From NCBI GenBank assembly GCA_052327205.1, contig CM126213.1:107880001-107944000 (forward strand): 64,000 nucleotides of DNA, read 5' to 3'. This DNA is from Somniosus microcephalus (Eukaryota). The translations under genes were made by a program, and so were the position numbers. This document shows positions 1-11,240 of this stretch, piece by piece. The notes beneath the pieces were generated by a model. The model searched no databases. It was not told the DNA's origin and worked only from the letters and a program-made list of their open reading frames with translations. Within the stretch, counting starts at the first letter, position 1; each line of letters starts with the position of its first letter.

Positions 1-420
1 AGTATTGTGAAGTGAGTGCGTGGCAGGGGATTCCTGGAGTGATGTCAAATCCTGCCCCATCCCTCCTCCACAATGGCCGAAATTTTAATCTGTAAGCGGG
101 ACAGGGGTTGGAAAGCAGTCGGGATACCCAAGAGAACTGGTTTCCCGCAGGCCCTGCCGAATTTAACGGCAGCACCTGATTAGCATTTCAAAATTCTGTT
201 TCCCACCCACAGCCACGGATGGAGAGGCTAGCTGTGGGCGGGTAGGCCTGCGACACTGGAGGAGGGAGGGAGAGATCGGGTGGGTGGTGGTCCGGGGGCT
301 GGAGGATTGGGGCCGAAGGAGCATCATGGGGGGTAAGTGTGGAGGATCGGGGCCGGCCAGAGGAGCATCGGGGCTGGAGTGGGGAGCCTGGGAGGCCGAT
401 CGGTGGCCTGGTGGGGGGAT

Positions 421-595
421 CAGAGGCCTCATGGGTGAGGGGGGAAGAACTGGAGGCCTCAGCAGGGGGGGATAGGAGAGCTCGTGGACCGGGGGAGTGG
501 GGGGGTTCAGAGGCCTCATGGGTGAGGGGGGAAGAACTGGAGGCCTCGGCAGGGGAGGATAGGAGACCTCATGGACCGGGGGGTGGTCGGAGGTC
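421..595. repeat. G-rich tandem repeat, 87-bp period, about 2 copies, within a GC-rich degenerate element (about 75-890)
   Basis: CAGAGGCCTCATGGGTGAGGGGGGAAGAACTGGAGGCCTC starts at 421 and 508; the 29-aa repeat is visible in the spurious ORF 163..834. Confidence 0.85.
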
Positions 596-1149
596 TCAGC
601 GGGATCAGAGGCCTTGGCGGGGGCAGGGGTGTCCGATCGCAGTGGGTGGTTGAGGCAGGGGCTCTGGATCCAGCAGTTAAGTGTAAAAGCACTTACCTCC
701 TGGATCCGGCAGTCCTCGCCTTGTTTTAGCTGGCGGGTTCCCTGAGAAACCCGACCGGCCGGAGTTGAATTTGTAATGGTGGTAAATCTGAGGCACGCCG
801 GCCTCATTATAATATTTATAAATGGCCAACCCAATTCCTGGGAGCGGGTTGGCTGCCCGCTCCCTGTCCTGCCTTCTGTAGAAAAATCCTACAAAATGCG
901 TTTTTCTTTTTTAATTGACCCTTTTCTGTGAAGAAAAATGATCAAAAATCCCATTAGGTAAATATAGCGAGTTCCAGGGGTCAAACAGATAACTTCTGTC
1001 CTTGCACTCCTACTCACTGGCAGACGATGAATGTACACCCCATCATACAAAGGCTCAACCAAGAGACATATTTATTTAACATTAAACAGGTAAATGAGCA
1101 ATATTTGGTACAATAGTACATTTGCAATCTTACAAACTTTGTACATAAT

Positions 1150-2400
1150 CTACATCCTAGGGTACTTAAGGAAGTGGCCCTAGAAATAGTAGATGCATTG
1201 CTGGTCATCTTCCAAAATTCTATAGACTCTGGAACAGTTCCCATGGATTGAAGGGTAGCTAATGTAACCACACTATTTAAAAAAAGGTGGTCGAGAGAAA
1301 ACAGGGAATTATAGACCGGTAAGCCTGACATCGGTAGTGGGGAAAATGCTAGAGTCCATTATAAAAGATGTAATAGCAGAGCACTTGGAAAACAGTGACA
1401 GGATCAGACAAAGTCAACATGGATTTGCAAAAGGTAAATCGTGCTTGACTAATCTACTGGAATTTTTTGAGGATGTAACTGGTAGAATAAATAAGGGAGA
1501 ACCAGTGGATGTGGTGTATTTGGACTTTCAGAAGGCTTTCGATAAGGTCCCGCATAAGAGATTAGCGTGTAAAGTTAAAGCACATGGGACTGGGGGTAAG
1601 GTACTGACTTGGATAGAGAACTGGTTGGCAGACAGGAAGCAAAGAGTTGGAATAAACGGGTCTTTTTCCAAGTGGCAGGCAGTGACTAGTGGGGTACGCA
1701 GGGATCGGTGCTAGGACCCCTGCAATTCACAATATATATTAATGATCTAGACGAGGGAACTAGATGTAATATCTCCAAGTTTGCAGACGACACAAAGCGT
1801 GTGTGTTGTGAGGACGATGCCGAGAAACTCCAGTATGATTTGGACAGGTTGGGTGATTGGGTAGATGCATGGCAGATGCAGTATAATGTGGATAAATGCG
1901 AGGTTATCCACTTTGGTGGCAAAAACAGGAAGGCAGATTAATATCTGAATGGCAATAGATTGGGAGAAGGGGAAGTGTAACGAGACCTGGGTGTCCTTGT
2001 GCACCAGTCGCTGAAGGTAAGCATGCAGGTGCAGCAGGCGGTTAAGAAGGCAAATGGTATGTTGGCCTTCATAGCGAGAGGATTCGAGTACAGGAGCAAG
2101 GATGTCTTGCTGCAGTTGTACAGGGCCTTTTAGCCATTTAGGACTGAGATGAGGAGGAATTTCTTCACCCAGAGAGTGGTGAACCTGTGGAATTCTCTAC
2201 CACAGAAGGCAGTTGAGGCCAATTCATTAAATATATTCAAGAAGGAGTTAGATATATTTCTTAAGGCTAAAGGGATCAAGGGATATGGGGAGAAAGCAGG
2301 GACAGGGTACTGAATTTGGATGATCAGCCATGATCTCATTGAATGGCAGAGCAGGCTCGAGGGGCCGAATGGCCGACTCCTGCTCCTATCTTCTATGTTT
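1150..2400 (+). mobile_element. CR1 LINE fragment (RT and 3' end), 5'-truncated with an internal deletion near 2130
   Basis: ORFs 1337..1714 (QHGF..GKSCLTNLLEFF, YLDFQKAFDKVPH) and 1708..1941 (SKFADDTK); CR1 3' tail ..CTCCTGCTCCTATCTTCTATGTTT; frameshifts and stops. Confidence 0.95.
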
Positions 2401-2789
2401 ACTATTCTTCTCAATGTCAAAACAACTGAGATGCTTTCTCTGCACTATTGGTCAAAATAAAACTAATCTTTGAAACACACTTGCTTCTTATACGGTGAAA
2501 TGTAACCAAAGAGCCCCTGATTTAGCTTAGTGCCTCTGCTGGCTTCAGACTTACCACTGGCTGGCATAAAGTCTGCATTAAATATATCACACACATTTCT
2601 TTGATATACTAAAGCAAATGACACAAGGCAAAAGTATCTCTCATAACTACATTAACAGCTATTCACAGGTTGTCAATGCAAAGGATGTGTGTCTACACAA
2701 AGTGTACCATTTGTGCCAGACCAAAATGTCATGGTGACTAAATTCAATACAATATTACAAAGTGTCAATAAATACTTCTAAGGAATAAT

Positions 2790-3255
2790 AAAAAGAAAAG
2801 ACTTGCATTTATATTGTGCGTTTCACGACCTCAGACTTCCCAATGCGCTTTACAGCTAATAAAGTAGTTTTGACGTCTAGTCACTGTTGCAATGTAGGAA
2901 ACACGGCAGCCAATTTGCGCACAGCAAGCTACCACAAACTGCAATGTGATAATGACCAGATAATCTGTTTTTGTTATGTTGATGAAGGATAAATATTGGC
3001 CAGGGCACCGGGGATAACTCCCCTGCTCGTCTTCAAAATAGTGCCATGGGATCTTTTACGTTCACCTGAGAGAGCAGACGGGGTCTTGGTTTAACGTCTC
3101 ATCCAAAAGACGGCACCTCCGACAGTGAAGCACTCCCTCAGCACTGCACTGGAGTGTCAGCTTAGAATTTTGTGCTCAAGCCTCTGGAGTGGGACTTGTA
3201 CCCACAACCTTCTGACTCAGAGGCGAGAATCCTGCCCATTGAACCACAGACACTG
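2790..3255 (-). mobile_element. Deu-SINE (SacSINE1-like) with tRNA-derived head and L2-type tail
   Basis: Same family as 45475-45905 and 59850-60240; tail reads ..TATAAATGCAAGTCTTT on the - strand; family name from recall. Confidence 0.8.
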
Positions 3256-3470
3256 ATATGAAGTGATTCATTTGCATCCCAGACTGTACAGTATTTCATG
3301 TAGCTCGCAGGTAGCAGTAACCAGTATTATCCTGTGCACTACAGCTACCAAGGAAAAAAATCAGTAAATAATCCAACATGTAATCTACATGTCACAGTAA
3401 CATTTGTTGAAGAAAGCTAGTAAAATCTGGATTGTTACAATTGGGTAGGAGGAGAGGAGGTTTCAACTTC

Positions 3471-3506
3471 TTTGATTGCATTATCAATATTGATAATGCA
3501 ATCAAA
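3471..3506. repeat. Perfect 36-bp spacerless palindrome
   Basis: TTTGATTGCATTATCAAT|ATTGATAATGCAATCAAA. Confidence 0.95.
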
Positions 3507-3615
3507 AAGAACTTTTCAAAATGTATAATAAGTAATCATTGTGTGATGCGATTATTTCCACCAATTATTCACTAGGGAGGACATATGAAACATGCCCGTC
3601 CCAAGTAGTGGTAAT

Positions 3616-3734
3616 CAATGTTCCCCCTAATTTTTTGTGCGCGCGGCCCATTCACAGTTTCGCGCAAGCGCAAAATTTAACCTTAAAAAAGCCAGCAGAG
3701 AGCTGCATGGCCACGCAGCTTAGAGGGAACATTA
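3616..3734. mobile_element. Small hAT-like MITE
   Basis: TIR CAATGTTCCC..GGGAACATTA; 8-bp flanks GTGGTAAT/GTGGTAAC; a related copy lies at 6627-6780. Confidence 0.75.
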
Positions 3735-3827
3735 GTGGTAACCTGAGTAGAATTCATGACTTCAATGTAAATCTGATGGAAATCTTAGACCGGCTATAAG
3801 AGATCTAAACAAACAAATCCCCTTTTT

Positions 3828-3930
3828 TCCAGTTCTGATGAAAGGTCTTCAACCTGAAACGTTAACTCTGTTTCTCTCTCCACGGATGCTGCCCTGGCCT
3901 GCTGAGTTTTTCCAGCATTTTCTGTTGTTG
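3828..3930 (+). mobile_element. Penelope-like terminal (pLTR) fragment with a minimal hammerhead motif
   Basis: CTGATGA(3835-3841)-AAGGTCTTCAACCT-GAAAC-GTTAAC, then ..CTGCTGAGTTTTTCCAGCATTTTCTG shared with the Penelope end at 49630-49760. Confidence 0.75.
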
Positions 3931-4319
3931 TTCCTCCATCACCATCCCTGGGTATGTCCTGTTCCACTGGCACGAGAGGTGGCGGCACTGTGATACACAG
4001 CTGGGAATCCTCAACATTGACTCCAGACCCCATGAAGTCTCGTGGCATCAGATCAAACATGGGCAAGGAAACCTCCTGCTGATTACCACCGCTCTCCCTC
4101 AGCTGATGAATCAGTTCTACTCCATGTTGAACACCACTTGAAGAAGCACTGAGGGCAGCAAGGCCATAGAATGTATTCTGGGTGGGGGACTTCAATATTG
4201 ATCACCAAGAGTGCTTTGGTAGCACCACTAGTGACTGAGCTGGCCAAGTCCTGAAGGACATTGCTGCCAGACTGGGCCTGCAGCAGGTGGTGAGGGAACC
4301 AACAAGAGGAAAAAACCTA

Positions 4320-4546
4320 AATAACAACAGAAAATGCTGGAAAAACTCAGCAGGTCAGGCAACATCCGTGGAGAGAAATTTGAGTTGACGTTTCGGGTCG
4401 AACCCTTCTTCAAAACTGGAAAGAAAAGAAAATAGATCGTCAACTCAAATTTCTCTCCACGGATGTTGCCTGACCTGCTGAGTTTTTCCAGCATTTTCTG
4501 TTGTTATTTCGGATTTCCAACATCTGCAGTATTTTGCTATCGTACT
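4320..4546. mobile_element. Fold-back Penelope pLTR insertion (71-bp perfect inverted repeat) with 15-bp TSD
   Basis: Arms 4320-4390 and 4438-4508; TSD AGAGGAAAAAACCTA at 4305-4319 and 4547-4561. Confidence 0.9.
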
Positions 4547-4936
4547 AGAGGAAAAAACCTACTTGACCGCGTCCTCAAGAATCTACCTGTCGCAGGTGCA
4601 TCTGTCCATGACAGTATTGGTAGGAGTCACCACCGCATAATCCTTGTGGAGATCACGTCCCGTCTTGACACTGAGGACACCCTCCATCGTGTTGTGTGGC
4701 ACTCCCGCCGTGCTAAATGGGATAGATTCAGAACAGATCTAGCAGCTCAAAATTGGGAATCCACGAGGTGCTGTGGGCCATCGCCAGCAGCAGAATTCTA
4801 TTCCACCGCAATCTAACCTCATGGCCCGGCATTTTCGTAGAATCATAGAAATTTATGGCACAGAAGGAGGCCATTTGGCCAAGAACAAGCTAGACAGCCT
4901 AATCCCACTTTCCAGCTCTTGGTCCATAGCCTTGTA

Positions 4937-5258
4937 CAGGAAACTTTGGTTTATCCGGAGGCTGTATGTCCGGAATACTCGATCTAACGGCAAAAATCAG
5001 GAGCCGTTTTCTATAAGTTTTTTTACTTCTCGTTCTTTTTTTTTTCCCAGTCAGGCACTGCAAGGTCTGTAGCGATAGCAACAGCTTCAGCTAGAGACGC
5101 TTGCAGCTGCAGCCGACTCTTTAGAAGCTGTTGCTAAGCAAGTGTTTGTTGTCAGATACGGAGATGAAAACCTCCGTATGCTTCAGCATTAACTTTGTAT
5201 GTCCGGCAGTTTTGATAGATCGGCAACACGCCGGTCCCGGATATCACAAAGTTTCCTG
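4937..5258. mobile_element. Tc1/mariner-type (pogo/Tigger-like) MITE inside a CR1 3' fragment, itself inside the LINE
   Basis: TIR CAGGAAACTTTG..CAAAGTTTCCTG with TA on both sides; an inverted homolog lies at 31049-31574. Confidence 0.9.
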
Positions 5259-6626
5259 TAGGTTACAGCACTTCAAGCGCATATTCAAGTACTTTTTAAA
5301 TATCAGGCAGTGAGTTCCAAATTCCATATTCCTCACTCTACCATTAACATCAAGTCAGAGGATCAATCCTGGTTCAAGGAGGAAGCGCATACCAGGAGCA
5401 GCACCTGGCGTACTTAAAAATCAGGTGCCAACCTGGTGAAGCTACAACACAGGACTACATGCATGCTAAACAGCGGAAGCAACATGCTAGAGACAGAGCT
5501 AAGCGATCCCACAACCAAAGCTCTGCAATCCTGCCACATCCAGTCATGAATGGTGGTGGACAATTAATCAACTAATGGCAGGCGGAGGCTCCATGAACAC
5601 CCGCGGAGTCCACCACATGAGTGAAAAAGACATGGCTGAAGAATTTGCAACCTTCTTCAGCCAGAAGTGTTGAGTGGATAATCCATCTTGGCCTCCTCCT
5701 GAGGTCCCCACCATCACAGAAGCCAGTCTTTAGCCAATTTGATTCACACCACATGATTTTGAGAAACGGCTAAACGCATTGGATACAGCAAAGGCACTGA
5801 GCCCCGAAAACATCCCGGCTCTAATGCTGAAGAGTTGTGGTCCAGAACCAGCCGCGCCTGTAGCCAAACTGTTCCAGTACAGCTACAACACTGGCATCTA
5901 CCCGACAAAGTGGAAAATTGCCCAGGTATGTCCTGTCTCCTGTCCACAAAAAGCAGGACAAGTCCAATCCAGCCAATGACCACCCCATCAGTCCACTCTC
6001 AATCATCAGCAAAGTGATGGAAGGTATTGTTTACAGTGCTATCAAGCAGCACTTAATCACCAAAAACCTGTTCACCAATGCTCAGTTTGGGTTCTGCCAG
6101 GATCTCTCCACTCCAGACCTCATTACAGCCTTGGTCGAAACATGGACAAAAGAGCTGAATTCTAGAGCTGAGGTGAGAGTGACTTCCCATGACATCAAGG
6201 CAGCATTTGACAAAGTGTGGCATAAAGGATTCCTAGTAAAATTGAAGTCAATGGGAATGAGGGGAAAAACTCTGCAGTGGCTGGTGTCATATCTAGCACA
6301 ATGGAAGATGGTTATGGTTGTTGGAGGCCAATCATCTCAGCCCTAGGACATCACTGCAGCAGTTCCTCAGGGCAGCGTCCTAGACCCAACCATCTTCAGC
6401 TGCTTCAACAATGACCTTTTCTTTATCATAAGGTCAGAACTGGGGATGTTCGCTGATGAATGCAGTGTTCAGTTCCATTCGCAACTCCTCAGATAATGAA
6501 GCAGTCCGTGCCCGTATGCAGCAAGACCTGGACAACATTCAGGCTTGGGCTGATAAGTGGCAAGTAACATTCACTCCACACAAGTGCCAAGCAATGATCA
6601 TCTCCAACAAGAGAAAGTCTAACCGC

Positions 6627-6780
6627 CAATGTTCCTTGTAATTTTTTTTGGTGCATGGGCCTTTTAATTGGCTACGCCACCGATTCAATTTCTCATGCAT
6701 GCATGGTTATTTCAATTGTAAAGCCGTTCAGCGGCTTGCGCAGGACCTCCAAACTGCCGCGCAGCTCAACAGGAACATTC
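6627..6780. mobile_element. hAT-like MITE related to 3616-3734, interrupting the LINE RT
   Basis: CAATGTTCC..GGAACATTC termini; the LINE sequence TCTAACC..CCTCCCCTTGACATTC resumes after it (compare the uninterrupted copy near 48110). Confidence 0.75.
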
Positions 6781-7689
6781 CCTCCCCTTGACATTCAACG
6801 GCATCAAATCCCCCACCATCAACATCCTAGGGATCACCATTGACCAGAAACTTAACTGGACCAGCCACATAAATACTGTGGCAACAAGAGCAGGTCAGAG
6901 GCTGGGTATTCTGTGGCGAGTGTCTCACCTCCTGACTCCCCAAAGCCTTTCCACCATCTACAAGGCACAAGTAAGGAGTGTGATGGAATAGTCTCCACTT
7001 GCCTGGATGAGTGCAGCTCCAACAACACTCAAGAAGCTCAACACCATCCAGGACAAAGCAGCCCTCTTGAATGGCACCCCATCCACCACCTTAAATATTC
7101 ATCCGTCCACCACTGACGCACTGTCTCTGCAGTGTGTACCATCTACAAGATGCACTGCAGCAGCTTGCCAAGACTTCTTCGACAGCGCCTCCCAAACCCG
7201 TGACCTCTACCGCCTAGAAGGACAAGGGCAGCAGGCACATGGGAACACCACCACCTGCAAGTTCCCTTCCAAGTCACACATCATCCTGAATTGGAAATAT
7301 ATCGCCGATCCTTCAGCATCGCTAGGGCAAAATTCTGGAAGTCCCTCTCTAACAGCACTGTGGGAGTACCTTCACCTCGGACTGCAGCGGTTCAAGAAGG
7401 CGGCTCACCATCACCTTCTCGAGAGCAATTAGGGATGGGCAATAAATGCTGGCCTTGCCAGCGACGCTCACATCCCGTGAATGAATAAAATAATTTATGA
7501 GGCCACCTTTTACAAATGTTTTTAGTTCAAGAGAAACAGAGTTCATGAGGGTGACATGGAAGCATGCCAGGCCTATTTTTGTGTTGGACAAGGAATAGTT
7601 ATCCATGTCTTTATTTGTTTGGATTCATTTCTGTTATTCCAGGGATAAGAATTTCCATATTTTTGTTTTTGTCTTGGCAAATTGGAGTT

Positions 7690-9400
7690 TACGAACATAC
7701 GAGCAATGACAGACAGAAAAAGACCCTCTGGTCTATCTAGCCTGTCTCTCACAATTGTGATATCACAATATATACACTCCCCACCCCATGTGAGTGAGAG
7801 GCAGAAAACCAGATAAAAACCCAACCCACCTGAGGGGGGGTGGAATTCTGGGAAAGTCCCCTCTGACCCCGTAGGCACTCGAAACTCATCCAGAAGGACA
7901 CTGTGGCCCTGATAATACAATGCAATACCTACCTTTTTGTAAGAGGTGATCTCTATCCACCCCAGCCAGCAACAAGTCCAGCTCTCGCTTGAAGGAATTC
8001 AGCGAATCGGCATCTACCGCACAAGCTGGCAGCCTGTTCCAGAGATCCACTATTTGCTCGGAAAAGAACCACCTCCTGACATCGAACCTAGATCTGGCAT
8101 TGTACAACTTAAAATTGTGACCCTGGCCCTCCATAACCTACTTCATTGGAACAAACTGTCAACTCAAACACAATCTATTCCCATCATCCTCTTACACACC
8201 TCAATCAGATCACCTCTGTGCTTCTCTGAAGTGCAGAGTCCCAGCTCTTTTAGCTTATCTTGATAACTTTCCAAAGCCTCAATATCACCCACCATGTGAG
8301 GAGACCAAAACTGGACACAGTATTCCAACTGAGGTCTGACCAAAGTCTTGTACGAAACAAAATAGTATAGTTAGTTGTCCTGTAAATGTACCCTTTTCAT
8401 CAAGATCCACCTGAAGCAAATTTGCTCATCATGCCCTCAATAGCTACATCTAGATCATTAATAAAAATAGTGAAGAACAATGGTCCCAAAACTGATCCCT
8501 GCAGGACACCACTGGTGACCGGTCTCCAAACAGATCCAAATCCATCGATAACTACTTTCTGCCGAAGGCCTTCTAGCCAGTTCTCAATCTAGCTCAATAC
8601 TGTATATTACCACTAATTCCAGAGGCTTCGATCTTGTAGAGAAGCATCTTGCGTGGCACCTTGTTAGAAGCTTTTTGGAAATCTAAGTAGGCAATGTCTA
8701 CTGGGCTTCCCTCATCCAGCACCTGGGTGACTTCTTCAAAAAATATAATCAAATTTGTAAGAAATGACTTTTTTTTGAAGCGATGTTGGGTGTCCCTAAT
8801 ATGTCCCTCTCCAGCCAGGTAATCCTATATTGCATCCCTAATGATTTCCGCAAGAATCTTTCCTATTACTGATGCCAGACTAATGGGCCTATAGTTACCT
8901 GGGTCCATCTTGTCTCTTTTTTTTAAAGAGGGGGACTACATTAGCCTCTTTCTAGTCTACGGAACCATCCCAGAGTACAATGAGCTATTAAAAATACAGG
9001 CAAGGCGCTTGCACAGCACGTGTCCTATCTCCTTGAGGACCTTCTGTTGGATATTGTCTGACCCAGCTGCTCTATCTATTTTCAAGTTCTTAATTCTATC
9101 TAAAACAATGTGTTTATGTTAAAATTACTAATTTTATTATCAACATCATCATTAAATTCTAACAGTTGAGCATCATCTTCAAGAGTGAAGACTGATGCAA
9201 AGTACTCATTTAATATTTCCGCCATACCCAGTGAGACCTTCGTAACCTGTCCTTAAGCATCCTTCAAAGGCCCAATACAGTCTTTAACAGTTTTTTGGCT
9301 CTTCACATGACTGAAAAAGCTTTTCCCATTCCTTCCACAATTGTCTACAGTCCTCTTTTCCATTATCCTTTTTGCTGATCTAATAGCAGCCTTTTTTTTT
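7690..9400 (-). mobile_element. CR1 LINE fragment (subfamily with a long 3' UTR)
   Basis: ORF 7886..8134 (GHNFKL..RFDVRRWFFS..LWNRLP..NSFKRELD); RT remnants YLDFQKA and [10 protein letters not shown] on the - strand. Confidence 0.9.
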
Positions 9401-10399
9401 TAGTTGTTCCTTGTATTTAGCTGTTTAGTTGAGTATTAAATGTCTTTAGATTTGTAGAAATTTTTTTGTTTACATCTTGTGTGATATATGCTTTTAATAA
9501 AGGGTTAGTAAGTAAGTAAACCAATAACTTGCTAGATACATCCTGTGAAGGTTCATATATACAAGTCAAGATCTTCCAAACAAGTGGGCATGAGCAATTT
9601 GGAAAAGAGCCAGAGATACATCTCTGTCCATTTAGTGCATCAAGCACATTTCTGGTGGGGGATTTTGTGAGTACAGGAAGCTCTGACCTGAAATAAACGA
9701 AAACTTCATTTCAGTATGTTAATACTGTCCTGATAACTGATTTAGATGTTCATGCAATTCCTTTAAGTTCATATGTGCCTAATCGTGATTCACCTGCCTG
9801 TTTTGTTTTCTTTTTGGGTTCAATAAAGACTCATTTCTGAAAGAGAATGTTGTTTAATCTAAAGTCTTGTTCAAGACTTTCTACAGCTTTTTACAGAACA
9901 CACTATGCTGTGATGCATCTAGAATGAAACTGAAAGTAAAACTCCTCTGGACTGCTTGTCTCTCACATGACCTCTGCTGGTCAGGCACAAGTAATCAAAA
10001 ACACAGACAAATATGCTGTAAGGCATAAGTAATCAAACACAGACAAATATCATCACTATTTGCTGATATCATTACACTGCCCTCCCATTTAAAACAAGTG
10101 TCCACCGTTGCGAGGAACTGGGCTGTTTACAGTAGTTAATTTAAAGAGTCCTACAAAAAGATTCTCCGCACAGTTTTCACTTCACTTCTCAACCATTTCA
10201 CTGGGAGTTTTTTTTTGCTGCCGTCACTTAGGTGTTCAGGTGCCTTCGTGGCAATTGTGTTACAGCTATTTTGTCCCAACTGCTGTAACAGTGAAGTGTT
10301 TTTTTTTCATGGGAATTCCCCTAAATCTATGCATTTTGGTTGAAGTTGAGAGGGGCCAACAGGGTTGTAAGGCAGGTCAGGCTGCGACAAAGGCATGCT

Positions 10400-10875
10400 G
10401 TATCCAACCACTGGTACCCTCACACTATTGCAGACAGACCTATAACTATCAGAGGACCAATGCTTGCACAGACTGCGATTGATAAGGAGCCTGTGAATGG
10501 GTTGTGTCATGTGCTGCAAAGTAACCTGCAGCTAAGCCCGTACAAGGACATCATACTGCCAGTGGCTTTGAAAGTTAAAGCAGCCCTCTCTGCGAATCAT
10601 TCAAGGGTGCACTGATGACATGACCCACATTAATCAATCCACAGTACAGAGATGTATAAAGGCAGCTGCCCTATTTTCTCAAACAACCAATTTTATCTCC
10701 TTCCCCGTAGACTGTTGGCAGCAACATGAGATGGTTGTGCAATTTTATCAATATCTGAAGCTCTGTTAGTTACAGATGGTACACTTGTCCTTAATGCTCC
10801 ACTGCACAAAGCCACTAACTATATGATTTGGAAAAAATTTCACTCTGAATGTTCATTCATTTGCAGCAACAGGAC
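10400..10875 (+). pseudogene. Degenerate PIF/Harbinger (HARBI1-like) DDE transposase fragment
   Basis: Hand translation across frameshifts: VNGLCHVLQSNLQ..LPVALKVKAAL / TDDMTHINQSTVQRCIKAAALFSQTTNFISFP..QFYQ / VTDGTLVLNAP..YMIWKKFHS-LNV, colinear with the Harbinger motifs ISQS..RC, FI.FP, DGTHV..AP and NRKG.HSLN. Confidence 0.75.
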
Positions 10876-10890
10876 TAGATTACACAAATC

Positions 10891-11240
10891 GGCACGGTGG
10901 CATAGTGGTTAGCACTGTTGCCTCACAGCGCCAGGGACCCGGGTTCGAATCCGGCCTCGGGTGACTGTCTGTGTGGAGTTTGCACATTCTCCCTGTGTTT
11001 GCGTGGGTTTTCTCCGGGTGCTCCGGTTTCCTCCCACAGTCCAAAGATGTGCGGGTTAGGTTGATTGGCTATGATAAATTGACCCTTAGTGTTAGGGGGA
11101 TTAAATACGTGGGGTTACGGGGATAGGGTGGGATATGTGTTGGTGTAGGGGTTACGGGGATCGGGTGGGATATGTGTCAGTGCAGGCTCGATGGGCCAAA
11201 ATGGCCTCTATCTGCACTGTGGGGTTTCTGTGATTCTGTG
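10891..11240 (+). mobile_element. V-SINE (HE1-like), tRNA-derived
   Basis: A-box TGGCATAGTGG, B-box GGTTCGAATCC, V-domain TGTGTGGAGTTTGCACATTCTCCC, tail CTGTGATTCTGTG; AAATC on both flanks. Confidence 0.9.

Larger units (their letters stand above)
3930..7490 (+). mobile_element. Degenerate near-complete ORF2 of a second non-LTR retrotransposon family (CR1-group, APE plus RT) carrying several nested insertions
   Basis: GDFN endonuclease motif near 4185; ORF 5918..6346 (PISPLSIISKVME, QFGF, DIKAAFDKVWH); VPQGSVL and FAD motifs; 3' end GAATGAATAAAA; second copy at 47808-48812. Confidence 0.9.

Noticed and set aside
163-834. 223-aa Pro-rich ORF on the - strand
   Set aside because: Product of a G-rich 87-bp tandem repeat inside a degenerate element; no recognisable domain or splice structure
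9983-10050. Short direct duplication (AAGTAATCAAA..CACAGACAAATAT twice); similar AGTGGAGAGTGCCAAC twice near 19086-19128
   Set aside because: Only two copies each; ordinary slippage duplications, not a CRISPR-like or regulatory array
10891-10965. tRNA-like sequence with A and B boxes (also at 25160 and 34497)
   Set aside because: These are SINE heads continuous with V-SINE bodies, not tRNA genes
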